Positions 18,585 through 30,665 are shown, numbered from the stretch's first letter. The stretch is 64,000 nucleotides of DNA from Candidatus Bathyarchaeia archaeon (GCA_038868075.1 JAWBXB010000002.1:7375-71374), one strand, 5' to 3'. Numbers and translations: made by a program. The notes: a model not told the origin generated them from the letters alone.

Positions 18585-20731
18585 TCGATGAAGATTTCTG
18601 CCTCAGGAACTTCAACCGGCAATCCTTTTCTAAGTCTTATAAAATATATTATCTTAAATAAGTGGTCTTCTGGGATCTCTTCCCAATGAGAAAATACACT
18701 TTGCCAAAATGCCCTTCCAGAAGACGCTGATCGAATCTCATCAGCTAATCCAAGAGATTCAGCAACCGGCATAAAACCATCAATTATTGAAATAAATCCT
18801 TTTTGGATAATTGATGAGATCTTCCCGCGTCTCTTAGTTACTAGGTTAATTATGTTTCCCATTTGCTCAGTTGGTGCGGAGATTTGGATACTATAAATTG
18901 GCTCAAGTAATATGGGGTTAGCTGTCAAAAAGGAGCCGAAGATTGCCCTCCTCACAGCTGGCATTATTTGAGCCTGTCCCTTTTGCTCCGGCTTATCGCT
19001 TAAGTGGACATCAATTAAATTTACTCTTACTCTCATTAAAGGTTCCCCACATAATGGTCCAGATCTGCAAGCCCATTTAAAACCATTTATAATAGACTCT
19101 AAATCTTCATAGATGAGTTCCTTTCCGGCGAGGTCAACAAGAATATTCTCATTTTCGTCCATATTCAGTATTCGCTCAGCGTTTTTAATTAACTCTTCAT
19201 TTCTTTTCTTCTCAATCATTTTTGACAAGCTTCTCTTTGCTGGCTCAACTTTCACTACTATCCGATTTAATCCGTTTGGACTTTTTGCTGTTACTGTAGC
19301 TCCACTCTTGGCTACGCTTTCCCTATATGAGACTATTGGCTTAGATACTATTATCTCTAAATTATCTTCGTATTCTTTTATAGTTTTTATTGCAATATCT
19401 AAGTGTAATTCACCTATTCCGCTAAGTAGATATTCGCCGGTTTCCCTGTTAATCATAACCATTAAGTTTGGATCCTCGATTGAAAGTAGGTTTAATACAT
19501 TAATTAGTCGTGTAAGATCTCTTGGGTCTTTGGGCTCAACTGATACTGTAATTACAGGCTTTGAGATATACGTGATCTCCTCAAAAGGCGTCATATACTC
19601 TTTATGCATTGTATTAATAATGGTTTCGCCAGCATTAATGGTTTCTAGCCCTGAGAGTGCTACAATGTTACCGGAATCTAGCTGTCTAACATGTTCTCTA
19701 AATGAACCCATATAAATTGAGACTTGGCGGATAACACTGTCCCTTTTAGCACCCATTAAATATACTTGATCACCATCCTTTATTCTGCCAGAAAATATCC
19801 TGCCAGTTGCAATTAAACCATCTCTGGATTCTCTCTTAACGTTAGTTACGCATATACTTGTTGGTCCATTAGGGTCGCATTCGAGCATAGCTCTACCAAT
19901 CTCTGAGTTTAAATTTCCCCTCCATATTTTTGGAATCCTATATTTCTGTGCCTCAATAGGATTTGGTAATTCTCTCACTATAATCTCTAAGAGTGTTTTA
20001 TGAAGTGGAATTACTTCTTGGAGATTCTGTAAATTTCCCCTTTTATACTCTTCAATTATGTCACTAAATCTAATACCCTTTCTTCTTGCGGTCTCAATAG
20101 TTAATCCCCACTTATGTAAAGCTGAACCTAGTATAATGTTCTCTTTAGATAGGCTGACCTTCCACTTATTTTTGAAGGGCAACTCGCAATATAACTCTAT
20201 GATATTATTGAAATCCCGAATTATACGTAATATTTTAGTTTGAATTTCCTCAACAGTTAACTTTAATTCATTAATTAATCTATCAATCTTGTTTATAAAG
20301 AGAACAGGTTTAACGAGTTCATTTAACGCCTGTCTGGTTACAACCTCCGTCTGCGCCATAATCTCTTCAACAGCATCTACTATAGCTATTGCGCCATCAA
20401 CGATTCTTAAGGCGCGTGTAACTCTGCCTGTAAAATCAACGTGACCAGGCGTATCAATGAGATTCACCACGTACTCTTTACCATTCACTTCATGTAACAA
20501 GGATATATTAGCGGCCTTTATTGTTATCCCTCGCCGCCGTTCCTCCTCAAGATAATCAAGAACACGTGCCTCACCAGCCAAGTTATATGGTATTAGGCCA
20601 GCCTCCGCTAAAAGTAAGTCCGTTAACGTTGTTTTACCATGATCTATATGTGCTATTACGCCTATATTGCGAATTTGCTCCCTATTTCTCATAACTCTTA
20701 ATATCCGCTCTACAATTGCAGGCTTCATCAT
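18581..20731 (-). CDS. elongation factor 2-like GTPase lacking the diphthamide-acceptor histidine
   Basis: 716 aa. The G motifs AHIDHGKT, DTPGHVDF and NKIDR are intact and full EF-2 domain architecture is present. The domain IV tip reads DVHLSDKPEQKGQAQIMPAVRRA where canonical EF-2 has ...H.D..HRG..Q..PA.RR. The Gln583 codon is at 18983-18985. Confidence 0.85.
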   Translation of the reverse strand: MMKPAIVERILRVMRNREQIRNIGVIAHIDHGKTTLTDLLLAEAGLIPYNLAGEARVLDYLEEERRRGITIKAANISLLHEVNGKEYVVNLIDTPGHVDFTGRVTRALRIVDGAIAIVDAVEEIMAQTEVVTRQALNELVKPVLFINKIDRLINELKLTVEEIQTKILRIIRDFNNIIELYCELPFKNKWKVSLSKENIILGSALHKWGLTIETARRKGIRFSDIIEEYKRGNLQNLQEVIPLHKTLLEIIVRELPNPIEAQKYRIPKIWRGNLNSEIGRAMLECDPNGPTSICVTNVKRESRDGLIATGRIFSGRIKDGDQVYLMGAKRDSVIRQVSIYMGSFREHVRQLDSGNIVALSGLETINAGETIINTMHKEYMTPFEEITYISKPVITVSVEPKDPRDLTRLINVLNLLSIEDPNLMVMINRETGEYLLSGIGELHLDIAIKTIKEYEDNLEIIVSKPIVSYRESVAKSGATVTAKSPNGLNRIVVKVEPAKRSLSKMIEKKRNEELIKNAERILNMDENENILVDLAGKELIYEDLESIINGFKWACRSGPLCGEPLMRVRVNLIDVHLSDKPEQKGQAQIMPAVRRAIFGSFLTANPILLEPIYSIQISAPTEQMGNIINLVTKRRGKISSIIQKGFISIIDGFMPVAESLGLADEIRSASSGRAFWQSVFSHWEEIPEDHLFKIIYFIRLRKGLPVEVPEAEIFID

Positions 20732-20846
20732 GATCTCTTCTCATTAAGTGATTTTTAGCCTTAACCTTCAACTTGTTTAAAATAGCGAAAAGAATAATTT
20801 AATTTTCCTTCAGAAGGTCTCGTCGTTTTCAAAAGACGTTTTCATT

Positions 20847-20924
20847 TCACTTATATCTTTCGCGTCTTTTCTTCCTTTTTCTTTTTTCACGACGCATTCT
20901 TTTCTTCTTCCATTTAGCTCGCAT
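20847..20924 (-). CDS. rpl41e: ribosomal protein eL41 (25-aa micro-ORF, not in the ORF track)
   Basis: Own translation gives ATG CGA GCT AAA TGG AAG AAG AAA AGA ATG CGT CGT ... TAT AAG TGA = MRAKWKKKRMRREKRKRKKRRERYK. This closely matches the eukaryotic/archaeal L41e consensus [21 protein letters not shown]. Confidence 0.7.
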   Translation of the reverse strand: MRAKWKKKRMRREKRKRKKRRERYK

Positions 20925-21138
20925 TCGTCATCATCTCATTGAATTCATATTTGTCAACACACTTTACTTATGTAAGACTAAGTAAACAAGGCTTTTAAAC
21001 GGTTCTTTATTTTATACCTTATTAAGTTTTCGGTATATTTCAAACTCACAGGTATACTCAGTTAATATGGTAACGCTATGCTTATAAAATTAGATCAATT
21101 TTTAGTAATGGAGTACTATTAGATGGAGTAAAAGATAG

Positions 21139-22044
21139 ATGAAGGGACATTTACTCTGCGTGCCATGTACGGTAAGGGCAGCTTACGATATAGCGGTTAA
21201 AGCTACGGATAATGAGGAGCTGAGAAAAGCTGTTCTTATCGAGACTTTAAAATGGTTAAGTAAAAATGATGTTGCCATAAAAATGACGCCAGCAATGCTC
21301 CATACATATGTTTTTAGATTTGTTCAGAAGATTACCGGAAACAAAGATCCATTTGCGCATTTAAAGAGGGAATCTAATAAAGTGGTCATGAATCTAATGC
21401 ATCTTCTGAGAAGTAATATTGAGAAACAGAGTTTTGAAGAGTCCTTTAAAATCGCAGCTCTAGGGGCTATATGCGGGAACTCCATAGACTTTGAGGTTGA
21501 AGGCTACCAAGTCTCATTAGAGGATCTTGGAAGGTCACTGTCGGAATGCTTAAAAGGAGATTTAATGCTCGATGATACACCAAAACTTATGGATGCTCTC
21601 TCAAAATCTAAAACAGTATTATATCTTCTAGATAACGCTGGTGAAATAGTTTTTGATAAAATTTTCATGCAGGTCATGATTGAAAAGTACTCGGTTAAAG
21701 TTTTAGCAGCCGTAAAATCCGGTCCGGTCTTAAATGATGCAACTATGGATGATGCATTACAGGTTGGGTTAAATGAGGTTGCAGATGTTATTACCACTGG
21801 TAGTGACTCAATAGGCTTAAATCTGTCAGAATGCTCTGAAGAATTCTTAAGATACCTAAATAACTCGGATATAATAATTGCTAAGGGACAAGGATATTAC
21901 GAGAGTATAACGGAGGTTGAGCATATAATTCAGAAACCTATAGCATACATGCTTAAGGCTAAATGCTCGGTTGTCGCCAAATCTCTTAATGTACGTCAAG
22001 GTTCAAATGTGATAAAACTTGTGAATTATCCTCCTAAAAAATAA
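21139..22044 (+). CDS. DUF89/ARMT1-like damage-control phosphatase family protein
   Basis: 301 aa. It has the LCVPC N-terminal motif, YLLDNAGEIVFDK and IIAKGQGYYE, all typical of DUF89. Confidence 0.65.
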   Translation: MKGHLLCVPCTVRAAYDIAVKATDNEELRKAVLIETLKWLSKNDVAIKMTPAMLHTYVFRFVQKITGNKDPFAHLKRESNKVVMNLMHLLRSNIEKQSFEESFKIAALGAICGNSIDFEVEGYQVSLEDLGRSLSECLKGDLMLDDTPKLMDALSKSKTVLYLLDNAGEIVFDKIFMQVMIEKYSVKVLAAVKSGPVLNDATMDDALQVGLNEVADVITTGSDSIGLNLSECSEEFLRYLNNSDIIIAKGQGYYESITEVEHIIQKPIAYMLKAKCSVVAKSLNVRQGSNVIKLVNYPPKK

Positions 22045-22063
22045 TTTGTATAGTTGATATATT

Positions 22064-22744
22064 ATGAGGCTTGGTGCTCTCTTTTCCGGCGGAAAAGACT
22101 CATGCTTAGCCATCCATAAAGCTCAAGCATTTCATAGGGTAGTTTGTCTGATAAGCCTAGTTCCAAAAAGCGAAGAAAGTCTGCTCTTTCACTTCCCGAA
22201 TGTTTGGGTAACCAAATTCCAGGCGGAAGCAATGAATCTGCCTATAATTCAGGTCGAAACCGAAATTGGTGAAGATAGGGAGTTAGCTAGTCTAATTAAA
22301 GCCCTAAAATTAGCCATTAAGAGATTTAAGATTGAGGGGGTTATTACTGGTGCAATAAGATCCACTTATCAGGCTAGCAGATTTCAGAAGATATGTGATA
22401 GACTTGGGCTTTGGTGCTTTAACCCCTTATGGCTTAAGAGCCAAGAGGAATTGTTACGTGAAGTTATAGATAGCGGTTTTGACACAATTATTTCAGGGGT
22501 ATTCGCATATCCGCTTGATAGAAGTTTTCTCGGCAGAAGACTAGATGCCAATCTCCTAAGAGAACTCCTAGATCTATGGAGGAAATATGGTATAAGTATT
22601 GCTGGGGAGGGCGGCGAGATAGAGACAACGGTTCTAGATGCGCCAATATTTAAGAAGAGAATAGAGGTAACAGACTATGAGATATATTATAAAGGCGATT
22701 CCGGAATATTCAAAATAAAATATCTGAGGCTTGTGGATAAATGA
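22064..22744 (+). CDS. dph6: diphthine--ammonia ligase-like ATP pyrophosphatase (MJ0570/Dph6 N-terminal domain family)
   Basis: 226 aa. It has the PP-loop start MRLGALFSGGKDSCLAI and a later EGGE(I/Y)ET motif. Confidence 0.7.
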   Translation: MRLGALFSGGKDSCLAIHKAQAFHRVVCLISLVPKSEESLLFHFPNVWVTKFQAEAMNLPIIQVETEIGEDRELASLIKALKLAIKRFKIEGVITGAIRSTYQASRFQKICDRLGLWCFNPLWLKSQEELLREVIDSGFDTIISGVFAYPLDRSFLGRRLDANLLRELLDLWRKYGISIAGEGGEIETTVLDAPIFKKRIEVTDYEIYYKGDSGIFKIKYLRLVDK

Positions 22745-23289
22745 AAGTCCTATTGATAAGTTTATGTCTAGATCCATTAAGTGAACTAGAGTTTATCGAG
22801 CCCATTAAACATATTCTTAGACATCATGGGATTGATACGATCATCAGGCATTACACAAAATTTTCCCCTGAAGATGAGAATTTGGCGGATAAAGTGATCA
22901 TATGTGGCTCAGCATTAAAAGATAATGCCTTCCTATCCGATGGATCATTTATGTGGCTTAAAAAGATAAATAAGCCAGTTCTAGGGGTGGGCTCAGGGTC
23001 TCAAGCTATCGCAAGGACCTTCAATTGCAATCTTGTCAATAGAATAAAGATTGGAATATTCAGGATTAGATTAGTAAGAGAGAACAAGCTAATAGATAAC
23101 AAAAAGAATTTTTACGCATTCTTCCTAACTAAGAGAGCTATTAAACTTAATGAACCCTTAATGGCTCTTGCCAAAACTGGGACAACAGAATGTATATTTA
23201 AGCATAAGTTTAGGGAGGTTTACGGCTGCCTTTTCCATCCGGAAGTAATGAATCCAGAAATAATTACAAATTTCATTTCAAGGACTTAA
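22741..23289 (+). CDS. class I glutamine amidotransferase-like protein lacking the nucleophile Cys
   Basis: 182 aa. At the position of the GATase1 G-x-C-x-G-x-Q elbow it reads PVLGVGSGSQAIA, with Gly in place of Cys. The His/Glu motif is retained (CLFHPE). Its ATG overlaps the dph6 stop (ATGA). Confidence 0.55.
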   Translation: MKVLLISLCLDPLSELEFIEPIKHILRHHGIDTIIRHYTKFSPEDENLADKVIICGSALKDNAFLSDGSFMWLKKINKPVLGVGSGSQAIARTFNCNLVNRIKIGIFRIRLVRENKLIDNKKNFYAFFLTKRAIKLNEPLMALAKTGTTECIFKHKFREVYGCLFHPEVMNPEIITNFISRT

Positions 23290-24095
23290 TTAAGCCTAAA
23301 GATTTTTCTGGCATTCTCAGTGGTTTTCTCGGCTACGAATTCCGTGCTCTCACCCTTTAGTTCCGCAACAGCCTTTAATGCTTTAATTATATGAGCTGGT
23401 TCAGAGGTCTCCCCGGCGTAAATGACCGGCGAGTCCGTCTCTAGAACTATATTTTCTAATGGTGTTTTCATAATAATTTTCCTATGTTCTTTGCTATATG
23501 CGGCAGCTGGTGTGGCAGAGATATAATAGCCATGATCAAGTATTTTCTTAAGCGCTTCTAAGGGTCCGCTAAACCAATGAAAAACAGCCTTCTTAACTCC
23601 AGTTTCTATGGTCATATTAACGCAGTCTATCCATGCGCCTCTGCTATGAACCAATACTGGTTTATCACTCTCTCTTGCCAAATTAAGTATTTTCAAGAAA
23701 GTTTCTCTCTGAATCCCTTTAACACCATCGCTTTTTCTAGCATCCTTGCACCAATAATCTAATCCAACCTCGCCTAAGGCAATAATATTATTAATGTTCT
23801 TTTCAATAAGACTGATGGTCTCATTAATCTTTGAAATATCTAAGCCCCAAGGGTGAAGACCGAGCGCTGGGTAGATTTTTAATCTGTTAGTTCCATATTT
23901 ATGGCTTTCATGCATGACCCAGAGATTAGAGTTATAGTCTGAACCTACAGCGATTATTGCGGTGACACCTACCCTATCGGCTCTTTTAATAGCCTCCTTT
24001 AAATCCTTAACCTCCTCCAAGTGGGCGTGCGTATCTATCAGCTCCATACTATTGCCCCGAGGTAAACTATTTTTGATTTTAACAATATTTTGCAA
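23286..24095 (-). CDS. tatD: TatD-family metal-dependent hydrolase
   Basis: 269 aa. It has IDTHAHLEE near the N-terminus and later HS and D motifs. The true start is probably the internal MELIDTHAHL at about 24047. Confidence 0.8.
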   Translation of the reverse strand: MQNIVKIKNSLPRGNSMELIDTHAHLEEVKDLKEAIKRADRVGVTAIIAVGSDYNSNLWVMHESHKYGTNRLKIYPALGLHPWGLDISKINETISLIEKNINNIIALGEVGLDYWCKDARKSDGVKGIQRETFLKILNLARESDKPVLVHSRGAWIDCVNMTIETGVKKAVFHWFSGPLEALKKILDHGYYISATPAAAYSKEHRKIIMKTPLENIVLETDSPVIYAGETSEPAHIIKALKAVAELKGESTEFVAEKTTENARKIFRLN

Positions 24096-24221
24096 TAATA
24101 AAGGTTTATAGCGCTTATTAAAATTTAGGTTTACAGTTTTGATGAATGCAAAAATTTAAATCTGACAATCTTGTAATACACTGGAAAATTCTTGGAGTGA
24201 ACAGAGAAGGTTAAAGAACGC

Positions 24222-26464
<2,243 letters not shown>

Positions 26465-26513
26465 TAAAACCCTGCTGTTTGTTTTCTTAGCCTTATCTTA
26501 TTGAAGACGAGTT

Positions 26514-27437
26514 TTATCTAGAAGCCTCAACCAGAGGCGGTATTATCTCCTCATAGCCAACTGACATTATATGGCATCCGGCAGCGGAAGTTGTTTTCCT
26601 CAGCTCCCTAATGAAATTAGTGAAATAATTGAGGTTTATTTCATCATACTTTAATCTTCTCAGGTTCTTATCGGATATTTCACTAGCTTTGGCTAGAGCT
26701 TCCATAAGCTCTTTTGGCACCTTAACGCCCGGCACATTCTTATCAAAGTAATCGGCTACGCCGTAGGATTTTAGTGGAAAAATGCCTATTATAACGGGAA
26801 CATTATACTTACTGACCTCCTTAAGGAAAGATTTCGCCTTCTCAATATCGAATACAACCTGCGTTTGAAAGAAGTCAGCTCCAGCATTAACCTTCTTTTC
26901 AAACTTTATCAGTTCTGGCTCGATGGGATTAGCGTTCGGATTTGCTCCGGCACCGATGAAGAATTTTGGCGGGGATTCAATTGGCTTACCATTCATATCA
27001 ATACCCTCGCTAACCATACGCCTTATCATTTTAATGAGCTGGACGGAATCTAGGTCAAAGACTGGCTTAGCTTGGGGCGTATCTCCTAAGGTTGTGTGGT
27101 CGCCGGTTAATGCGAGAACATTTTTTATCCCTAAAGCGCCTGCACCTAGAAGGTCTGAGAAAATAGCTATTCTATTCCTATCCCTACATGTTATTTGATA
27201 TATTGTTTCTAGCCCGGAGTCTCTTTGAATAATATATGAGGCAACTAGACTACTTATATATGCAAAGGATTGAGGATTATCTGTTACATTACAGGCTACA
27301 ACGTAGTCCTTGATCTTCTTAGCAGCCTCAACGTAACGTGCTAGATTAGTCGTTTTTTCCGGCTCAAGCTCGCCAGTAAAAGTAAATTTCCCAGACTTAA
27401 GGCTTCTCATCAACTCACTTATAAATGCTTCCGGCAT
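26514..27437 (-). CDS. metF: methylenetetrahydrofolate reductase (MetF family)
   Basis: 307 aa with a MetF-like TIM barrel (FTGELEPEKTT..., CNVTDNP, ALTGDH). It lies directly downstream of metV. Confidence 0.8.
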   Translation of the reverse strand: MPEAFISELMRSLKSGKFTFTGELEPEKTTNLARYVEAAKKIKDYVVACNVTDNPQSFAYISSLVASYIIQRDSGLETIYQITCRDRNRIAIFSDLLGAGALGIKNVLALTGDHTTLGDTPQAKPVFDLDSVQLIKMIRRMVSEGIDMNGKPIESPPKFFIGAGANPNANPIEPELIKFEKKVNAGADFFQTQVVFDIEKAKSFLKEVSKYNVPVIIGIFPLKSYGVADYFDKNVPGVKVPKELMEALAKASEISDKNLRRLKYDEINLNYFTNFIRELRKTTSAAGCHIMSVGYEEIIPPLVEASR

Positions 27438-27455
27438 AAGATGAACCCCGCGCTT

Positions 27456-28112
27456 TTAGGTTTTCACCCAGATAACTTCTCTTGGCTGTACATTTAGTTT
27501 TGAATTGTCTCTTGGAGGTCTATAAGCCCTATAAATATCAAGCATATTGAGCTCCTTAAGCCTATTATAGATTAGAATCCATGCGCAATCACGCTTATAT
27601 CCGTTAACTTCACACTTACCTTCGTACATGCCTCCGCAGGGACCATTCAACATTCCCTTTGGACAACGGACAATGGGGCATATTCCACCAGTTTCATAAA
27701 GAATACATTCGCCGCATGCTCTACATCTCTCATAAAACTCTCCTATATGCTCTATTATTCCAAGGAATTTCGTGTTTAAAGCCGGTATGGAAGGTTTTTT
27801 GAGGTGCTCAACAATATCTTGGACACCAGCGCCGCAAATCATACAAAGTATTGCATCTGAAGATTCAAGGGTGCTCTTTAAGTTGCGTGTGTCCCTCCTT
27901 AAGATTCTTGCATCACAGGGTGTCTCTACAATGGCTGTTCCAATAATCTCCTTACCAGCGTTCCTCAATTTCTCAGCCATCTGCTTAACTTGTTCCTCAC
28001 CACCAGTTTGAACTACGGTTGAACATGTTCCACAGCCAATAATGAATATCTTACTAAAAGGTTTAAGCATCTTTAAAATTTCATCAAAAGGCTTCTGCTC
28101 TGTTATTATCAA
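27456..28112 (-). CDS. metV: MetV-type Cys-rich partner of MetF
   Basis: 218 aa with IIGCGTC, CMICGAG, CRACGECILYETGGICP and RCPKGMLNGPCGG, typical of the acetogen-type MetV. Confidence 0.65.
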   Translation of the reverse strand: MIITEQKPFDEILKMLKPFSKIFIIGCGTCSTVVQTGGEEQVKQMAEKLRNAGKEIIGTAIVETPCDARILRRDTRNLKSTLESSDAILCMICGAGVQDIVEHLKKPSIPALNTKFLGIIEHIGEFYERCRACGECILYETGGICPIVRCPKGMLNGPCGGMYEGKCEVNGYKRDCAWILIYNRLKELNMLDIYRAYRPPRDNSKLNVQPREVIWVKT

Positions 28113-28307
28113 ATCAGTCAGCCTCCAATAATCCTATTATTTGAAACATGAACTGCGCATATATAAAACCGTTATGCACGTGAAAATAATGAGTTATAAA
28201 TGAATTTCAACCAAACGTATGCCAATTAGATATTAAAGAAAAAAGAAACGTCTAATGGAGACCTCAACCTATCTTCTTTCAAAAATACTTTTATAGAGTA
28301 ATATCTG

Positions 28308-29738
28308 TTGTCAATTAGACAGATGGGTGCATATAAAGGAGGCAGTAATATGATTGAAGAGCTAGATGTTAGGAGTGAGAAAGCGAGGTTATTTCAAAAG
28401 GATTTTCCTCCGGAAGAGTTTAAGGAGCGCCGGAGAAAAATATTTAATGCGATAGGTCCAGAGGCGTGTGCTCTTCTTCAGGGTAAACCTCAAGTTAGAG
28501 GCTTCTATCCCTTTAGGCAATCAAATGACTTTTATTACTGTTGTGGCGTGGAGATTCCGCATTCCTACTTATTGATGGATGGAAGAGATCAATCGATTAG
28601 GCTCTTTATACCGCGTTTCATTAGCAATCGTGGAGGGCGAGATGCTTTAACGTTTGAGGATGCGGATCTTATAAGGGAATTCACTGGAATAGATGACGTC
28701 CTCCCTCTTGAGAGTCTTACGGAATATCTTAAGGGCATTCGCGTCCTCTATGTTCCTCATGGACCAGCTGAAGATAAGGCGGAGTCCCGTTACACAATAC
28801 TTCACTCTAATAGACTTATTGCCATAGATCCATGGGATGGGAGCTTACCGCGAGAACAGCATTTTATCAGCCTATTACACGTTCGTTTTCCACATATTAC
28901 GATCAGAGACTTATCACCTATACTTGATTCCTTAAGATTAGTTAAGAGTAAGAGGGAGATAGATCTCCTTCGTAAGGCTGGTAACCTTGCAGCCTTAGCT
29001 GTTACCGAAGCTATGCGTGTAACGAGACCAGGTATGATGGAGCATTATTTGAGGGCTGTTGCCAGCTATATCTTTATAGCGCATGGGGCATCTGGGGAGG
29101 GTTATCACTCAATAGTTGCTTCAGGGAGGAATATTTGGGATCCGCATTATTACCGTGAGGACTGCATAATGAGAGATGGCGATTTAGTGCTAATGGACGC
29201 TGCGCCTGACTACCACTATTATACTAGTGATATTGGGAGAATGTGGCCTGTTAATGGAAGGTACTCCCCATGGCAGAGAGAGCTTTATGGATTTATTGTA
29301 GAATATCATAAGACGCTATTAAGCAATATTCATCCAGGACTAACAGCTGATCAGATACTTAACACCGCATCTGAGATAATGGCCAATTTTATTAAAGAGT
29401 ATAAGTTCTCAAAGGAGATTTATAGAAGATCTGCTGAGCGGACTCTTGAGTTTCGTGGGCATCTCTCACATACTGTAGGTATGTCTGTACATGATGTTGG
29501 CGATTATAGATCTATGCCGCTTAAGCCTGGAATAGTCTTTTCTGTTGACCCGCAGATGTGGGTGCCTGAGGAGAGACTTTATATTCGTGTTGAAGACACT
29601 ATAGCGGTGACCGAAAATGGAATTGAGGTTTTAACTGGTTCAGCACCCTTAGAGCTCGATGATGTTGAATTAACAATACGTGAGAAAAGCGTTTTCTTCT
29701 CGAATTTAGATAGAATTCTAAAGATTTTTGGGGAATAA
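28308..29738 (+). CDS. M24-family Xaa-Pro aminopeptidase
   Basis: 476 aa. The pita-bread fold motifs are LVLMDAAPDYHYYTSDIGR, HLSHTVGMSVHD and YIRVEDT. The true start is probably the ATG at about 28350. Confidence 0.75.
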   Translation: MSIRQMGAYKGGSNMIEELDVRSEKARLFQKDFPPEEFKERRRKIFNAIGPEACALLQGKPQVRGFYPFRQSNDFYYCCGVEIPHSYLLMDGRDQSIRLFIPRFISNRGGRDALTFEDADLIREFTGIDDVLPLESLTEYLKGIRVLYVPHGPAEDKAESRYTILHSNRLIAIDPWDGSLPREQHFISLLHVRFPHITIRDLSPILDSLRLVKSKREIDLLRKAGNLAALAVTEAMRVTRPGMMEHYLRAVASYIFIAHGASGEGYHSIVASGRNIWDPHYYREDCIMRDGDLVLMDAAPDYHYYTSDIGRMWPVNGRYSPWQRELYGFIVEYHKTLLSNIHPGLTADQILNTASEIMANFIKEYKFSKEIYRRSAERTLEFRGHLSHTVGMSVHDVGDYRSMPLKPGIVFSVDPQMWVPEERLYIRVEDTIAVTENGIEVLTGSAPLELDDVELTIREKSVFFSNLDRILKIFGE

Positions 29739-29741
29739 GGA

Positions 29742-30626
29742 ATGAACAAAATAGTTAAGATTGGTATATTAAAAGCTGGATGTATAGGATCGCTTCCACT
29801 AATAGAATTCCTTTTAGATGAGAGAGCTGATAGGGAAGATATTCAAGTTAAAGTTATTGGTTCAGGAGCTAAAGTTACTACTGAGCAGTGCGTAAATAGC
29901 GCTGAGCAAATTTTGAAGTATGATGTTGACCTAATAATCTTTATTGGTCCAGCGCAAACAACGCAAGGGCCTTCAGAGGCACGTAAGATTCTCAGAGCCT
30001 CCAATAAACCAGTAATAATAGTGTCGGATAGTCCCGCAAAAAGAATAATTAAAGAACTTGATGAGTCCGGCTTTGGATATATAATTGTTGAGGCTGATTC
30101 AATGATAGGCGCTAGAAGAGAGTTTCTCGACCCAACGGAGATGGCTTTATATAACTCAGATGTTATTAAAGTTTTAGCCGTAACTGGAGCATTAAATGTC
30201 ATATTTGAAGAGATAGATAAAGTAATTAATGCTATCAAATCCGGCGGGAAAATGATTTTACCCAAACTAATACTTGATAGTAAGAAGGCTGTTGAGGCAG
30301 CCAGATTCTCGAATCCCTATGCCAAAGCTAAGGCTATGGCTGCATATGAACTTGCTAAGCAAGTTTCTGCGATAACTTTTGAGGCATGCTTTAAGGTGCA
30401 AGAGCCAGATCTCTATATTCCACTTGTTGCAACAGCACATGAAATAATGAGGGCTGCCGCGAGGTTAGCTGATGAGGCTAGAGAAATTGAAAAAGGCGGC
30501 GATTCTGTTTTTAGAAGACCGCATTTTAAGGACGGTCTTCTAGGGGAGAAGAGACGTTTAATGGAGAAGCCGCAGAAGGTTGCTGATCAAAACAATATTC
30601 AGCTTACTGAAGATAAACAAATATAA
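29742..30626 (+). CDS. mtd: F420-dependent methylenetetrahydromethanopterin dehydrogenase
   Basis: 294 aa. The motifs LLDERADREDI, GARREFLDP.EMA.YN.D and NPYA..KAMAA are collinear with Mtd sequences I remember. Confidence 0.9.
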   Translation: MNKIVKIGILKAGCIGSLPLIEFLLDERADREDIQVKVIGSGAKVTTEQCVNSAEQILKYDVDLIIFIGPAQTTQGPSEARKILRASNKPVIIVSDSPAKRIIKELDESGFGYIIVEADSMIGARREFLDPTEMALYNSDVIKVLAVTGALNVIFEEIDKVINAIKSGGKMILPKLILDSKKAVEAARFSNPYAKAKAMAAYELAKQVSAITFEACFKVQEPDLYIPLVATAHEIMRAAARLADEAREIEKGGDSVFRRPHFKDGLLGEKRRLMEKPQKVADQNNIQLTEDKQI

Positions 30627-30665
30627 GTGGGTTGTTTTGAAGAAAAACAAGGGTGGTGATGTTTA

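Noticed and set aside
19113-19715. 200-aa plus-strand ORF inside the EF-2-like gene, plus similar shadow ORFs at 368-976, 2350-2914 and 11119-11499
   Set aside because: All are antisense or out of frame relative to strongly supported genes, and their translations are Ser/Phe/Ile-rich and featureless.
20925-20945. GATGATGA (a C-box-like word) just upstream of the rpl41e start, as a C/D box sRNA
   Set aside because: No CUGA D box or C'/D' elements lie at appropriate spacing on that strand.
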